DNA of 64,000 bases from a virus: IMG/VR virus record IMGVR_UViG_3300033052_000036, positions 5,671-69,670 of that record, one strand, 5' to 3'. Within the stretch, counting starts at the first letter, position 1. The number at the start of each line of letters is the position of its first letter. The notes beneath the pieces were generated by a model that saw only the letters and a list, made by a program, of their open reading frames with translations, did not search any database and was not told the DNA's origin. Shown piece by piece: positions 54,709-63,188 of the stretch. Made by a program: the position numbers and the translations under genes.

Positions 54709-56973
54709 TTATCCCTCGATCTGAGGGGTCTCGATGCCGGCCAGTGCGCCGGCGGTTGCGCCGACTTCCCCGCCGATGGGGTCGCGGCCGGCTGCTGGAT
54801 CCGCCGGCATCGGGGGAACCTGGGCGCCCGGATCCGCCGGCGCGGCCGCTCCGGGGGTGGGCTCGGCCGGGGTCCGGTCAACGAAGCCGGCCGACTTGAG
54901 GATCGCATCGCCCGCCGGCGCGACTTCCGGCCGCGCGGTGGCGACGCCGCCCGCCTGCATGCCGGCATAGGCCGCGTCGACGTTGGTTTTCGTGGCGATC
55001 GCTTGGAGGCGCAGGACATCGGCGTTGAGCTTGGCGACTTCGCCGGCCAGCTTCTCCACTTGGAGCTGCGCGGTCTTGAGCTGCAATTCCTGCATCTGCT
55101 GGGCCAGCGCGGCCTGGGCCTTCGCTGCCTCGTTGTTCTGCTCCGCCTTGACCTCGTCCTCGGTCTTGATGATGCTGGTCAGGTCGTGGGCCTGGGCACG
55201 CTGGCGCAACAGTTCTTCGCGCTTGATGTAAGGCGCGTCCTCGGGGGAGATCGTCGCGGCGAACTGGTCGAGCTGCTGGGCGCGCACTTCTTTCGCCATC
55301 AGGGAGGCGGTGCCGCGCGCCTTGATGTCGAAGTCACCCTTGATCGAGTTGTCCGGGTTGAAAGCCATGTTCCACTTGTACAGCGCGTCGATGAAGGTCC
55401 GCGTCACCTCGTCGTAGTTGGTGAGCAGGTCCTTCATCACGATCGAGGCGTTCGCCAGCAGCATCGACATGCCCGACGCGGTGCCCGCTGCGCCGCCGGT
55501 GGCGTTCTGCCCCTGCATGTAGCGCGGGATCGCGGTCACGTCGTCCGAATTTCGCTGGAACATTTCAACGATCGGCATCAGGTATTCGAGGCCGTTCGGG
55601 ATGTTGATCACGCGGATCGCCGGCTGGGAGTTGTCCTCGCCGTTGCGCTTCCAGATCTTGAAGGGGTACATGTCGTCCGCCTTCTCGCTCGGAGACAGGA
55701 GGCGCATGTTCACTTCGAGCTGCGGGCCGGCGGTCAGCGCGCCGTTGTCCAGAACCATGCGCGTTGCCGCGTTGATCATGGTCTGGTCGTCGCGCATGAT
55801 CGAGGCGAAGCCGTCGCCGAAGATGCTGGTCTCGTCCTTGTCGGCGTAGTACAGGTGATACGGGTAGGTGACGCCGTTGATCGGTTGCAGCGAGAGCTTG
55901 ATGATCTCGCCGTTCGGGAGCAGCCATACATTCGCGAAGAATGTCTCGTGCAGACGGTCCTCGGGCACGTTCACGAGGCCGGTCTGGGCCAGCTTCTCGC
56001 CGTCCAGCCATCCCCAGCGCTCGATGACTTCGTATTTACCGTCCTTGTCGCGGTTGGTGGCGACGCGCTCGCCGATCTGGCGGATCTCGCTCTGGAACTG
56101 CGTGCGGCGCATGCGGGCGCCGTCCGGGTTGGCCTGGATGTAGTCGCGGATCTTCTGGCCGGCGAACTTGCGGCGCTGGGCCAGGGCGGCAAACTGGTGG
56201 CGCGGCATTTCGTGCAGCTCGTACACGTAGGCGCAGTCGGCCAGCGTGGTCGCCGACATGTCCGGGTAGAACCGCCAGAGGGGCACGTATTCGAGGAACG
56301 GGACGACGTAGCTCTCGACCACGCTGATCCACTTGCCGTTTTGCAGCACGAACTTGGTGCGGGTCTTGCGCTCCACGAGAGGCGCCTTGAGCACGCCGGT
56401 GCCGTACAGGTGGCCGGAATGCAGCACGTCGCGCGCCACTTCCTTGTAGCGGGCCTCGGCGAGCTGGTCATCCATCACGGCCGTCATGCGATCGGCCGCC
56501 TGCTGGACAAACTTCTTCACGGCCGCATCGATCTCGCGGCGCTCGGGCGCCCGGCCGATCTCCTGGGCGAGCTGCACGGTCAGCATGCGCTTGGTCTCGC
56601 GGTCGACCGACGGGACAGCGGTGGGCTCGGCCGTCCAGTTGCGATCGGAGGTCGACGGGAAAAGCAGGTCCGCCACGCGCGCATCGACCGTCTTGACCTT
56701 CACGCGGGTAGCGCGGACGAAGGCGCGGGAGCGGTTCGCGCCGATCTTGGCCTCGATCTCCGGGTCGTAGATGCCCCGGTACTGGCGCAGATCCTTGAGC
56801 CAGCGCTGTTCGGTCTCTTGTCGATCGAGCATGGCCTGCTCGAACTGCGCGATCAGCACGGGGCCGAGCGCGGCCATGGCGGCGGACTGGTAGGCGGCGT
56901 TATCGTCGCGGTTCATGCCTGCCTCGGCCGCTACGATGTATTCCTGCTGGTCTTTGTCTACTACTTCTGTCAT
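54709..56973 (-). CDS. Portal protein
   Basis: RWLKDLRQYRG, SRAFVRATRVKV, LYGTGVLK, TASGMSML, DFDIKARGT; position after terL. Confidence 0.9.
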   Translation of the reverse strand: MTEVVDKDQQEYIVAAEAGMNRDDNAAYQSAAMAALGPVLIAQFEQAMLDRQETEQRWLKDLRQYRGIYDPEIEAKIGANRSRAFVRATRVKVKTVDARVADLLFPSTSDRNWTAEPTAVPSVDRETKRMLTVQLAQEIGRAPERREIDAAVKKFVQQAADRMTAVMDDQLAEARYKEVARDVLHSGHLYGTGVLKAPLVERKTRTKFVLQNGKWISVVESYVVPFLEYVPLWRFYPDMSATTLADCAYVYELHEMPRHQFAALAQRRKFAGQKIRDYIQANPDGARMRRTQFQSEIRQIGERVATNRDKDGKYEVIERWGWLDGEKLAQTGLVNVPEDRLHETFFANVWLLPNGEIIKLSLQPINGVTYPYHLYYADKDETSIFGDGFASIMRDDQTMINAATRMVLDNGALTAGPQLEVNMRLLSPSEKADDMYPFKIWKRNGEDNSQPAIRVINIPNGLEYLMPIVEMFQRNSDDVTAIPRYMQGQNATGGAAGTASGMSMLLANASIVMKDLLTNYDEVTRTFIDALYKWNMAFNPDNSIKGDFDIKARGTASLMAKEVRAQQLDQFAATISPEDAPYIKREELLRQRAQAHDLTSIIKTEDEVKAEQNNEAAKAQAALAQQMQELQLKTAQLQVEKLAGEVAKLNADVLRLQAIATKTNVDAAYAGMQAGGVATARPEVAPAGDAILKSAGFVDRTPAEPTPGAAAPADPGAQVPPMPADPAAGRDPIGGEVGATAGALAGIETPQIEG

Positions 56974-56985
56974 GGGCACGCCCGT

Positions 56986-57009
56986 AAAAAAGCCCGCTCA
57001 AGGCGGGCT
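56986..57009 (-). terminator. Intrinsic terminator upstream of the portal gene
   Basis: AGCCCGC-cttga-GCGGGCT-T tract on the minus strand. Confidence 0.75.
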
Positions 57010-57040
57010 GCGGTGATTCGTTGGTGTCGCTGTGACGTGG

Positions 57041-57277
57041 TCAGGCGAACGATTCCCAGGCATCGGCGAAGTCGCCGGCCGGCGCTGCGGTGGCGACGCG
57101 ATCGGCCGCAACCTGGGCGGGAGCGTTGGCTGCTGCCGCTGCCGGCGCGACTGGAGCGGCCACTGCGGCCGGCGCCGGCGCTGCCGGTGCTGCTGCTGCC
57201 GCTGCCGGCGCGATCGCGCCCACGGGACCGTTCCACGCTGCGGCGTACTCGGTATCGCTGTTGATGTTGTCTTGCAT
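57041..57277 (-). CDS. Small Ala/Pro-rich protein with scaffold-like terminal motifs
   Basis: AGAGGA RBS; SDTEYAAAWNG ... GDFADAWESFA flanking an A/P linker. Confidence 0.7.
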   Translation of the reverse strand: MQDNINSDTEYAAAWNGPVGAIAPAAAAAAPAAPAPAAVAAPVAPAAAAANAPAQVAADRVATAAPAGDFADAWESFA

Positions 57278-57295
57278 GTCGGTCCTCTGTGGTGG

Positions 57296-58840
57296 TCAAT
57301 AACCTGCGCTCGATGCGGCGCCGGCGTGTTCGTTGCCACCGTAGTGGCGGGAATCGTCCTCGCGCTGCGATCGGGGGATCACGGGCTCGGCGAACGTCAT
57401 GGCCAGCGCGTCGGCGCCGTCCGGGGAGCGCATGCCGCGCTTCTTCATGTCCTCTTTCGACTCGATCAAGCGCGAGCCGTTGGATTTCGTCTTGTAGCTG
57501 GGCGCCGACAGGTCCGAGATCAGGGCCGCATCGCGCGGGAGGCGGTTCGGCGCGTCCTCGATCCATTCCTTCATGCGATACCAGATCTCGGCGCGCTTGT
57601 TGGCGTAGCGCTCGGCATCCTCGGCCCGGGCGGCGCTGTTCACACCGATGACGGGCACGCCCAGCTCCTTGAGCCGGTCCACGATGCCGGCGCCGATGCC
57701 GATCTTGTCGACAAAGATGCCGTCCGGCTTCAACTCATTCCAGTAGCCGGCCAGGATGCCGGCCACTTCCATCGGGCCTTTCTTCTCGTGGTACTCGATG
57801 CGGAAGCACGTCCGGCCGTGGCGGAAGGCGATCGAGGTGCGGTCTGGGCCGTATTCGGCTGGGTCGCAGCCGATGACGAAGGATCCCGTGCGCTCGCGGT
57901 AGTCGCTGTTCACGGCCGCCATGACGGACGTTGGATTGATCAGCGGGTCGGCGGTCGCGGAGTGGAAGGCCAGGGCCGGCGTTGCCGGGTATTCCTGATC
58001 GAACAGCCACTCGAAGCCTTGGCCGTAGCTGACGATCTTGTTGAATCGCCATGCCATCTGCTCCATGTCCAGCCCGTAGGCGTCCATGTAAGCGGCGTCC
58101 TCTTTCGAGAGCTGGAAGCCCTCGGGCACGCGCGTGCGGTATTCGTCCTGCCAGTACCACGGCACGAAGATGGCGATGTACTCGCCGATCCCGGCCTCGG
58201 CGTCCTGCCACATGGAGTGGAAGGCGCCCGAAGTGCCGTTCGCGGTCGACTCGATGATGATCTCAGTGCCATCATTGTTGCCGACGGTGTTGCCCAGGCC
58301 CGCCATGTGGCTCTGCGCGTTCGCCCAGAAAGCGAACTCCGAAGCGTGCAAGAGCTGGGCCGTGTTCGAGCGGCCGACATCCTTGCTGCCGGCGGTCGCC
58401 AGCTTGTAGCCGCCGTCCAGCTCGCCGAACACCAGCTCTTGCGCGTTCGAGGCCTTGGTCGACGGCGCGAGCGGGTTGTTCTCGTGATACCTCTTTACCA
58501 TCGTAAAGAGGTTGTTCGTCGCTTTCTGCTCGTGCGCGACGATGAAGGCGCCCAAGCCCTCGTTGATCGAGGTTTTCGCGTAGAAGCGGGCGCCGATGTA
58601 GGTCGAGGCGCCTTGCTGGCGGCCCTTGAGGATGATCGCGCGGACCTTGCCGGTCTTGGCGAGCTGTTCCTCTAGTCGCGCATGGATGTAGTGCTGGGCC
58701 TTGTTCCAGATAAACGGGATCCGGCGGCCGGCCTTGTCCTTGATGAACATGCACGTTTCATGGTGCAGCTCCAGGTCCTCGCGCAGCGCCGCTATGGTTT
58801 CTTCTAGCTCGGCCTGGGAGTCCTCAAGATTGCGCCGCAT
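57296..58840 (-). CDS. terL: Terminase large subunit
   Basis: ILKGRQQGAST Walker A region, LLHASEFAFW, IIESTANG, nuclease GCDPAEYGPD, SPDGADALAMTF. Confidence 0.93.
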   Translation of the reverse strand: MRRNLEDSQAELEETIAALREDLELHHETCMFIKDKAGRRIPFIWNKAQHYIHARLEEQLAKTGKVRAIILKGRQQGASTYIGARFYAKTSINEGLGAFIVAHEQKATNNLFTMVKRYHENNPLAPSTKASNAQELVFGELDGGYKLATAGSKDVGRSNTAQLLHASEFAFWANAQSHMAGLGNTVGNNDGTEIIIESTANGTSGAFHSMWQDAEAGIGEYIAIFVPWYWQDEYRTRVPEGFQLSKEDAAYMDAYGLDMEQMAWRFNKIVSYGQGFEWLFDQEYPATPALAFHSATADPLINPTSVMAAVNSDYRERTGSFVIGCDPAEYGPDRTSIAFRHGRTCFRIEYHEKKGPMEVAGILAGYWNELKPDGIFVDKIGIGAGIVDRLKELGVPVIGVNSAARAEDAERYANKRAEIWYRMKEWIEDAPNRLPRDAALISDLSAPSYKTKSNGSRLIESKEDMKKRGMRSPDGADALAMTFAEPVIPRSQREDDSRHYGGNEHAGAASSAGY

Positions 58841-59459
58841 GCTTGGCCTTCACGCGCTTGATCACTTCATCGACGGCGCTGCCGCCCTTGTTCTCGTTCT
58901 CGTCCACACCGAAGGCCTCGCGCTCCAGGCTGACCAATACCTTGAGGGAATCGGCGAGCGTTTTCATCGTGCTCGACCTGCTGCCCAGCGAGATCACCTT
59001 GCGGATCAGCTCGTCGCGCTTGTCGACGCCGTTCTCGTTCGGGGCGTAGACCGCCTCGCGGAGCTGTTCGACTAGGTCGAGGTGGTCGGTCTGGGCCTCC
59101 AGCTCGTTGAGCAGGCGCATGGTGAGGCGGCGCGAGCGCTGGATGTCTTGCCGATGGGCAAGGATGATGTCGGACTGGAGTGTTGCATTCGCTTCAACGA
59201 GTTCGCGTTCGTAAGCGGCGGTTTGTATACTTACCGGCTTGCTAACCGCAGCCGCGCTAACCTTCGCAGCCGCTTTCTCGCGGATCTTGGCGCCCAAGTC
59301 ACGGGTCCAGCCTTCTTTCTTCGCGCGCTTGAGGATGCCGGCGTCCGATACCCCGTACTTAGCGCCGATCGCCCGTAGAGCGAGGATGCCCGCACGGTAA
59401 TCGACCTCTACCAGATCCCAGGCTACAGGTGCCTTCTCAGTCTTGGTGTCCTCTGCCAT
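58824..59459 (-). CDS. terS: Terminase small subunit
   Basis: N-terminal HTH (DYRAG..LRAIGAKYGVSDAGILKRAKKEGW); directly upstream of terL. Confidence 0.8.
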   Translation of the reverse strand: MAEDTKTEKAPVAWDLVEVDYRAGILALRAIGAKYGVSDAGILKRAKKEGWTRDLGAKIREKAAAKVSAAAVSKPVSIQTAAYERELVEANATLQSDIILAHRQDIQRSRRLTMRLLNELEAQTDHLDLVEQLREAVYAPNENGVDKRDELIRKVISLGSRSSTMKTLADSLKVLVSLEREAFGVDENENKGGSAVDEVIKRVKAKHAAQS

Positions 59460-59531
59460 GTGTCTCTATGGCCTCGAATGCCTGCCTCTGGGGCTCTGTA
59501 GCAGTCTTGGCTTCCTTTCATGTGTGTTGTG

Positions 59532-60047
59532 TCATCCCTGGGGGCGTTCGTGCCTCTCCGGGGCGTTTGGTGCCTCTGTGGCGGTGCGCGGGCGCGGCAA
59601 GCAGGCGGCGAGCGGCGGGATCGTGACGAACCGGATCTCTCCCCAGGTTCTAACCTCCCCCGGGAACAGGATCTTTCCTACTCGCTCGTCGGTGCTCGAC
59701 GCCGGCGCGCGCAGATCTTCGTAGTCCTCGCTATGCAGGAAGTGCACGCGGCCAATGCTTGTGCCGGACAAGTGCGCGTTTACCATCGCTTCGGCTATCT
59801 CGGCTTGGACCGGCGCAAGGGCGGCGGCCAGTGCTGCGCGTGTCTTGCGCAGCGACTCGGCCGTAAGGAGCGGCGCCGGCGCTTGGCCCACGGTGCATGT
59901 CCCGATTCCCTTGGCGGCCAGCGCGGCAACCTCGGGCTCTATCGTGAACAGGGGCGACATCCACTTGAATGGCGACTGCCCGGGCGCCGGCGTGGGCAAG
60001 TAGGTGTCCATAAACTCCCGCTCGATGTCGGCTGCTGTCCTGCTCAT
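59532..60047 (-). CDS. Hypothetical phage protein
   Basis: AGGAG RBS; ATGA coupling. Confidence 0.6.
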   Translation of the reverse strand: MSRTAADIEREFMDTYLPTPAPGQSPFKWMSPLFTIEPEVAALAAKGIGTCTVGQAPAPLLTAESLRKTRAALAAALAPVQAEIAEAMVNAHLSGTSIGRVHFLHSEDYEDLRAPASSTDERVGKILFPGEVRTWGEIRFVTIPPLAACLPRPRTATEAPNAPERHERPQG

Positions 60048-60769
60048 GTGCTCTCCTGGGTGTCGTGCTCGATCGCGGCCAGCATGTAGCGGCCGGATGC
60101 GAGCATTTCCTTCACGGTGCGCTTGTCCACCCAGCGCGGCACGTCGACCAGCAGGCGGATCTCGCCCTCGGTGGCGTCCATGGTCGAGGCGATCAGGCCT
60201 TGGTCGTCCGCAAGGAGGCGGATCTGGGCGCGGCCGGCGACGTGGTCCTCGATCTCCAGGGCGAAGCGCATGGGACCGAAGGGGCGCGTGCTGCTGGGAG
60301 GCTGGTGGTGAATAGGGGGCGAATCCGGCTCAAACCCGCATGCCTGCTGCGTTTCATGGTGGTGGACATCACGCTCGGGGCGCATAGGTGGATGCCCAGC
60401 GACGTAGTGCACGCGGCGGGGCAACTCGTCCAGTGGGCCGGCGCCGGCCGATCGCTGGTAAGCGCGCCTGAACGTAAACGAGGCGGCGGGCAACGGGCAC
60501 GGGACCAGCGACAACATGCCGGGATCCTTATGCTCGGGGCGGTCCAGCGGCGGCGCCGGCTCACGTCGGACGATGTCGCCGGGCGTAAACGTGGCGATCG
60601 GACCGTGTTCCACCATGAAGCGGGCGAGCTGGATGTCGTCGGCGTCGTCCGGCGGTTCATCGTCCAGGGCGAGCCATGGGCGCAGAGGATCGCGAGCGTC
60701 GTAGCATGTCGGCTGTCTGGGCTCGGGCGTCAAGTCCGGCCGTTCGTGGGGAGTGCGACGAAGTCTCAC
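60044..60769 (-). CDS. Hypothetical phage protein
   Basis: GTG start; globular-looking C-terminal part (FALEIEDHVAGRAQIRLL); N-terminal extent uncertain. Confidence 0.55.
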   Translation of the reverse strand: MRLRRTPHERPDLTPEPRQPTCYDARDPLRPWLALDDEPPDDADDIQLARFMVEHGPIATFTPGDIVRREPAPPLDRPEHKDPGMLSLVPCPLPAASFTFRRAYQRSAGAGPLDELPRRVHYVAGHPPMRPERDVHHHETQQACGFEPDSPPIHHQPPSSTRPFGPMRFALEIEDHVAGRAQIRLLADDQGLIASTMDATEGEIRLLVDVPRWVDKRTVKEMLASGRYMLAAIEHDTQEST

Positions 60770-61051
60770 GGGCGGCGATCCATAAATAAGGGTGCCCCGG
60801 CTACTCCTTGCGGAGCCCGGGGCGGCGCCGGAAAGATCCGAGCGCAGGGGTGAAGCGTGTTCGATAGCAGCGTGGCCGGCGCATTCGAGACCGGGAGCGC
60901 AGGCCGTCGGTTCTCATCCTCTCGGCTCGCGGTCGCTATCGGGGGTGGAGACTGCCGGCGGCAATCCACACTCCTGATAGTCCGTCTTTACACATGGCGG
61001 TAAGACGGCATGTTGTATGCTTCGGGCTTTCGTATCCTTCGAGTCAAGCCT

Positions 61052-61270
61052 ATGACGCCCACGCCCATCCTCGCCTTCCTGTCCAGCAGGCCACTCCCGC
61101 GCCGCTACTGCACGGCGGAGAGCCCTATGCAGGCCCAGGACAGGGACAGCTACCAGTGGGGCCACTCTGACGCGGTCGATGTCGGGCCGTTCTTCAACCT
61201 GCGGCTCTACACTTGCCCTTACTGCAAGCACACCTTTCACGCGCTGGCGCGGCCGACTGGCTCCACGTAG
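61052..61270 (+). CDS. Small zinc-ribbon-like protein on the opposite strand
   Basis: RYCTAESPM..WGHSDA..LYTCPYCKHTF (C, H, CxxC). Confidence 0.6.
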   Translation: MTPTPILAFLSSRPLPRRYCTAESPMQAQDRDSYQWGHSDAVDVGPFFNLRLYTCPYCKHTFHALARPTGST

Positions 61271-61455
61271 ACCGGATGCCAGAGCATCATGGCGTTGCCG
61301 GCGGTTCCCCACTCGGCCAACTCGTCGCGGAGCAGATCGGCGGCTGGGTAGTTGCGCTCCAAGAGTGCCGACTGCCAGCGGGACCAGAGGGCGGACAGCT
61401 CGCGCGCCTGCTCGGGCGACAGGTCCGCCGTGTTCAGCGGTGCGGCGGCCGTCAT
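61237..61455 (-). CDS. Hypothetical phage protein
   Basis: GGAGG RBS, ATGA coupling; NYPAADLLRDEL. Confidence 0.6.
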   Translation of the reverse strand: MTAAAPLNTADLSPEQARELSALWSRWQSALLERNYPAADLLRDELAEWGTAGNAMMLWHPVYVEPVGRASA

Positions 61456-61547
61456 GGTCGAGGCCTCCGGGTGTCCATGCGATCGAGCATGTGCAGCGAG
61501 GCGACGAGGACGAGCCCGGACAGGGCGGCGAACAGTTGCACGCTCAT
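61452..61547 (-). CDS. 31-aa membrane peptide (below the ORF-track cutoff)
   Basis: MSVQLFAALSGLVLVASLHMLDRMDTRRPRP; ATGA overlaps at both ends. Confidence 0.6.
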   Translation of the reverse strand: MSVQLFAALSGLVLVASLHMLDRMDTRRPRP

Positions 61548-61870
61548 GCTTTTTCGGGCTCCATCCAGACGCCGCGGCCGAGCTTGTCCCAGCCCAGGTT
61601 GCGGAGCGCAGCACACAGAATGTTGTGATCGGTGCTCGTGAGGGAGCGGGTCAGCGCGGCGATCTGGATCTGGTACGGCGTGCGCACGTCGATCGGGCTT
61701 GTGGCCGGCGGAGTCCAGCCCAGCTCGACCAGGGCGGCGCGGACAGCCTCGTTCTCCATGTCGACCAGCTTGCGCGAGACCGAGCGCATGATGCCGTCGA
61801 GGTCGTTGTGCTTGGTGTCGATCAGGATGTTGCCGGCGTCGGTCAATCTGGCCTGGATGGCGTAGTGCAT
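61544..61870 (-). CDS. Hypothetical phage protein
   Basis: ATG 1 nt after the upstream TGA; AVRAALVELGWTPP motif. Confidence 0.65.
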   Translation of the reverse strand: MHYAIQARLTDAGNILIDTKHNDLDGIMRSVSRKLVDMENEAVRAALVELGWTPPATSPIDVRTPYQIQIAALTRSLTSTDHNILCAALRNLGWDKLGRGVWMEPEKA

Positions 61871-61871
61871 T

Positions 61872-62165
61872 TCATGCGCCTGCAGGCGCGGGCGCAAGGA
61901 GCTGGTATCGGTAGAGGCCATTGCTGACGTATTCCTTGTTGACGGTGTAGCTGCCGAAACGCTCCTTCCGTAGATGGCGGAGCTGGGCGCTGACACTTGC
62001 CTCGGGCGCTGCGCAGGCCTTGGCGATCTCGCCCAGGGTGCGCCACGCGCCGTCGATCATCAGGTCGCGGATCGTCCTCATCTGCTCGGACAGCCGCGCA
62101 TCATCGCGCTCGGGGATGTAGTCGGGTCCGTTGAAATGGGTCATCGCGCGCCTTTCGGTATTCAT
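61872..62165 (-). CDS. Winged-helix DNA-binding protein
   Basis: DGAWRTLGEIA..EASVSAQLRHLRKERFG..GLYRYQL. Confidence 0.75.
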   Translation of the reverse strand: MNTERRAMTHFNGPDYIPERDDARLSEQMRTIRDLMIDGAWRTLGEIAKACAAPEASVSAQLRHLRKERFGSYTVNKEYVSNGLYRYQLLAPAPAGA

Positions 62166-62362
62166 GGCAGGGCTTTACGTGCCCGTGCTAATTCTTCGGT
62201 CGTCGCCCGCTCCGCGTGAAGCACAGGGCGGCCGAGCTGGTGAGGCCCGGCTACCCCGTGTGAAATCGGCGGTCTTTGTTCGTCAACGACTGCATCCGTA
62301 ACGCGCCACTAGGAATGCGCTGGCGGCCCGCGATGTTCTGCGAGCAGAGTCGCCGTCGTGCG

Positions 62363-62839
62363 TCAGCGGTGAAGGGTTGCGTCGATCTCGATGCGGAGAC
62401 CGACAAGGTGTAGGGCCTCGCCCTCATACAAGCGGCTCGGGGTGAACTCGTAGACAACTTTCCGGCGCTCGTCCAGCACGCGGACATAGATCTCGTCGCC
62501 CTGGCCGCGATAGATATGGATCTGGTGGCCGGTCAGGGTCACGGGATAGCGGTCCCCGTGCGCCGGCGCCGGCGGGGTTCCCGGCGTCACGATCGGCTCG
62601 GGCAGGCCCAGGGCCGGCCAGCCGGTCGCGAACAGGTCAATGTAGGTCGAGGTGAAGATCCGGTGGATGCCATTGCCGACGACGAAGGCGGCGAAGATCG
62701 CGAAGATGGCGTAGCCCCAAGGCGCGGCGCCGAGGCGGTCCATCAGCAGCCAGATCGTGCCCAGCAGGGCAAGGCCCAGGCCGCCCGGGAGATTCTGGTA
62801 GGAGATCACGCGCTTCGGGATTTTGGTCGGCTTCTTCAT
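62363..62839 (-). CDS. Membrane protein with two TM helices and a soluble C-terminal domain
   Basis: AGGA RBS; LGLALLGTIWLLM and WGYAIFAIFAAFVVG. Confidence 0.7.
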   Translation of the reverse strand: MKKPTKIPKRVISYQNLPGGLGLALLGTIWLLMDRLGAAPWGYAIFAIFAAFVVGNGIHRIFTSTYIDLFATGWPALGLPEPIVTPGTPPAPAHGDRYPVTLTGHQIHIYRGQGDEIYVRVLDERRKVVYEFTPSRLYEGEALHLVGLRIEIDATLHR

Positions 62840-62855
62840 GGTCGGTCCTGAAATG

Positions 62856-62882
62856 AAAAAGCCCCGCACGAGGCGAGGCTTT
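62856..62882 (-). terminator. Intrinsic terminator closing the tRNA/ncRNA locus
   Basis: AGCCTCGC-ctcg-TGCGGGGCT-TTTT on the minus strand. Confidence 0.7.
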
Positions 62883-63059
62883 GTGAAATGGTGGCCCGAA
62901 GTTTTTACAGAACCTCGGCTAAACTGGCTGTCTTTCCATGCTGTCCACCTCATTGCCCATACGGCCTATCAAATCTCGCGCACAGAGGTTGCGACCTATG
63001 CCTTGCGTATGGCTGCCCGGGTATAGCCGCCGTTTCCCGGGATAGTGCTTCTTGCGGCC

Positions 63060-63109
63060 ACTCCTACGCTTTCGCGTTTCGCCCGGATCTCACGGGCTCG
63101 TCAGGGAGT
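63060..63109 (-). ncRNA. Type I hammerhead ribozyme
   Basis: Minus strand: ACUCC-CUGACGA-GCCCG(ugagauc)CGGGC-GAA-ACGC(gaaa)GCGU-A-GGAGU. All core nucleotides and three perfect stems are present; GUA cleavage triplet. Confidence 0.9.
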
Positions 63110-63116
63110 TATGGAT

Positions 63117-63188
63117 TGTGGTGGCCGGTGCTGATCTCCGACATGGTCACGTTGCAGACGCTGCGCTCAGCGGGCGCTTTCCACCACA
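63117..63188 (-). ncRNA. Candidate multibranch RNA with loop-loop pseudoknot
   Basis: 8-bp closing stem UGUGGUGG/CCACCACA; hairpin loops contain complementary GCUGA and UCAGC. Confidence 0.5.

Noticed and set aside
62890-62955. tRNA-like element ending in CCACCA
   Set aside because: No D arm or anticodon arm geometry; kept only as part of the structured RNA locus.
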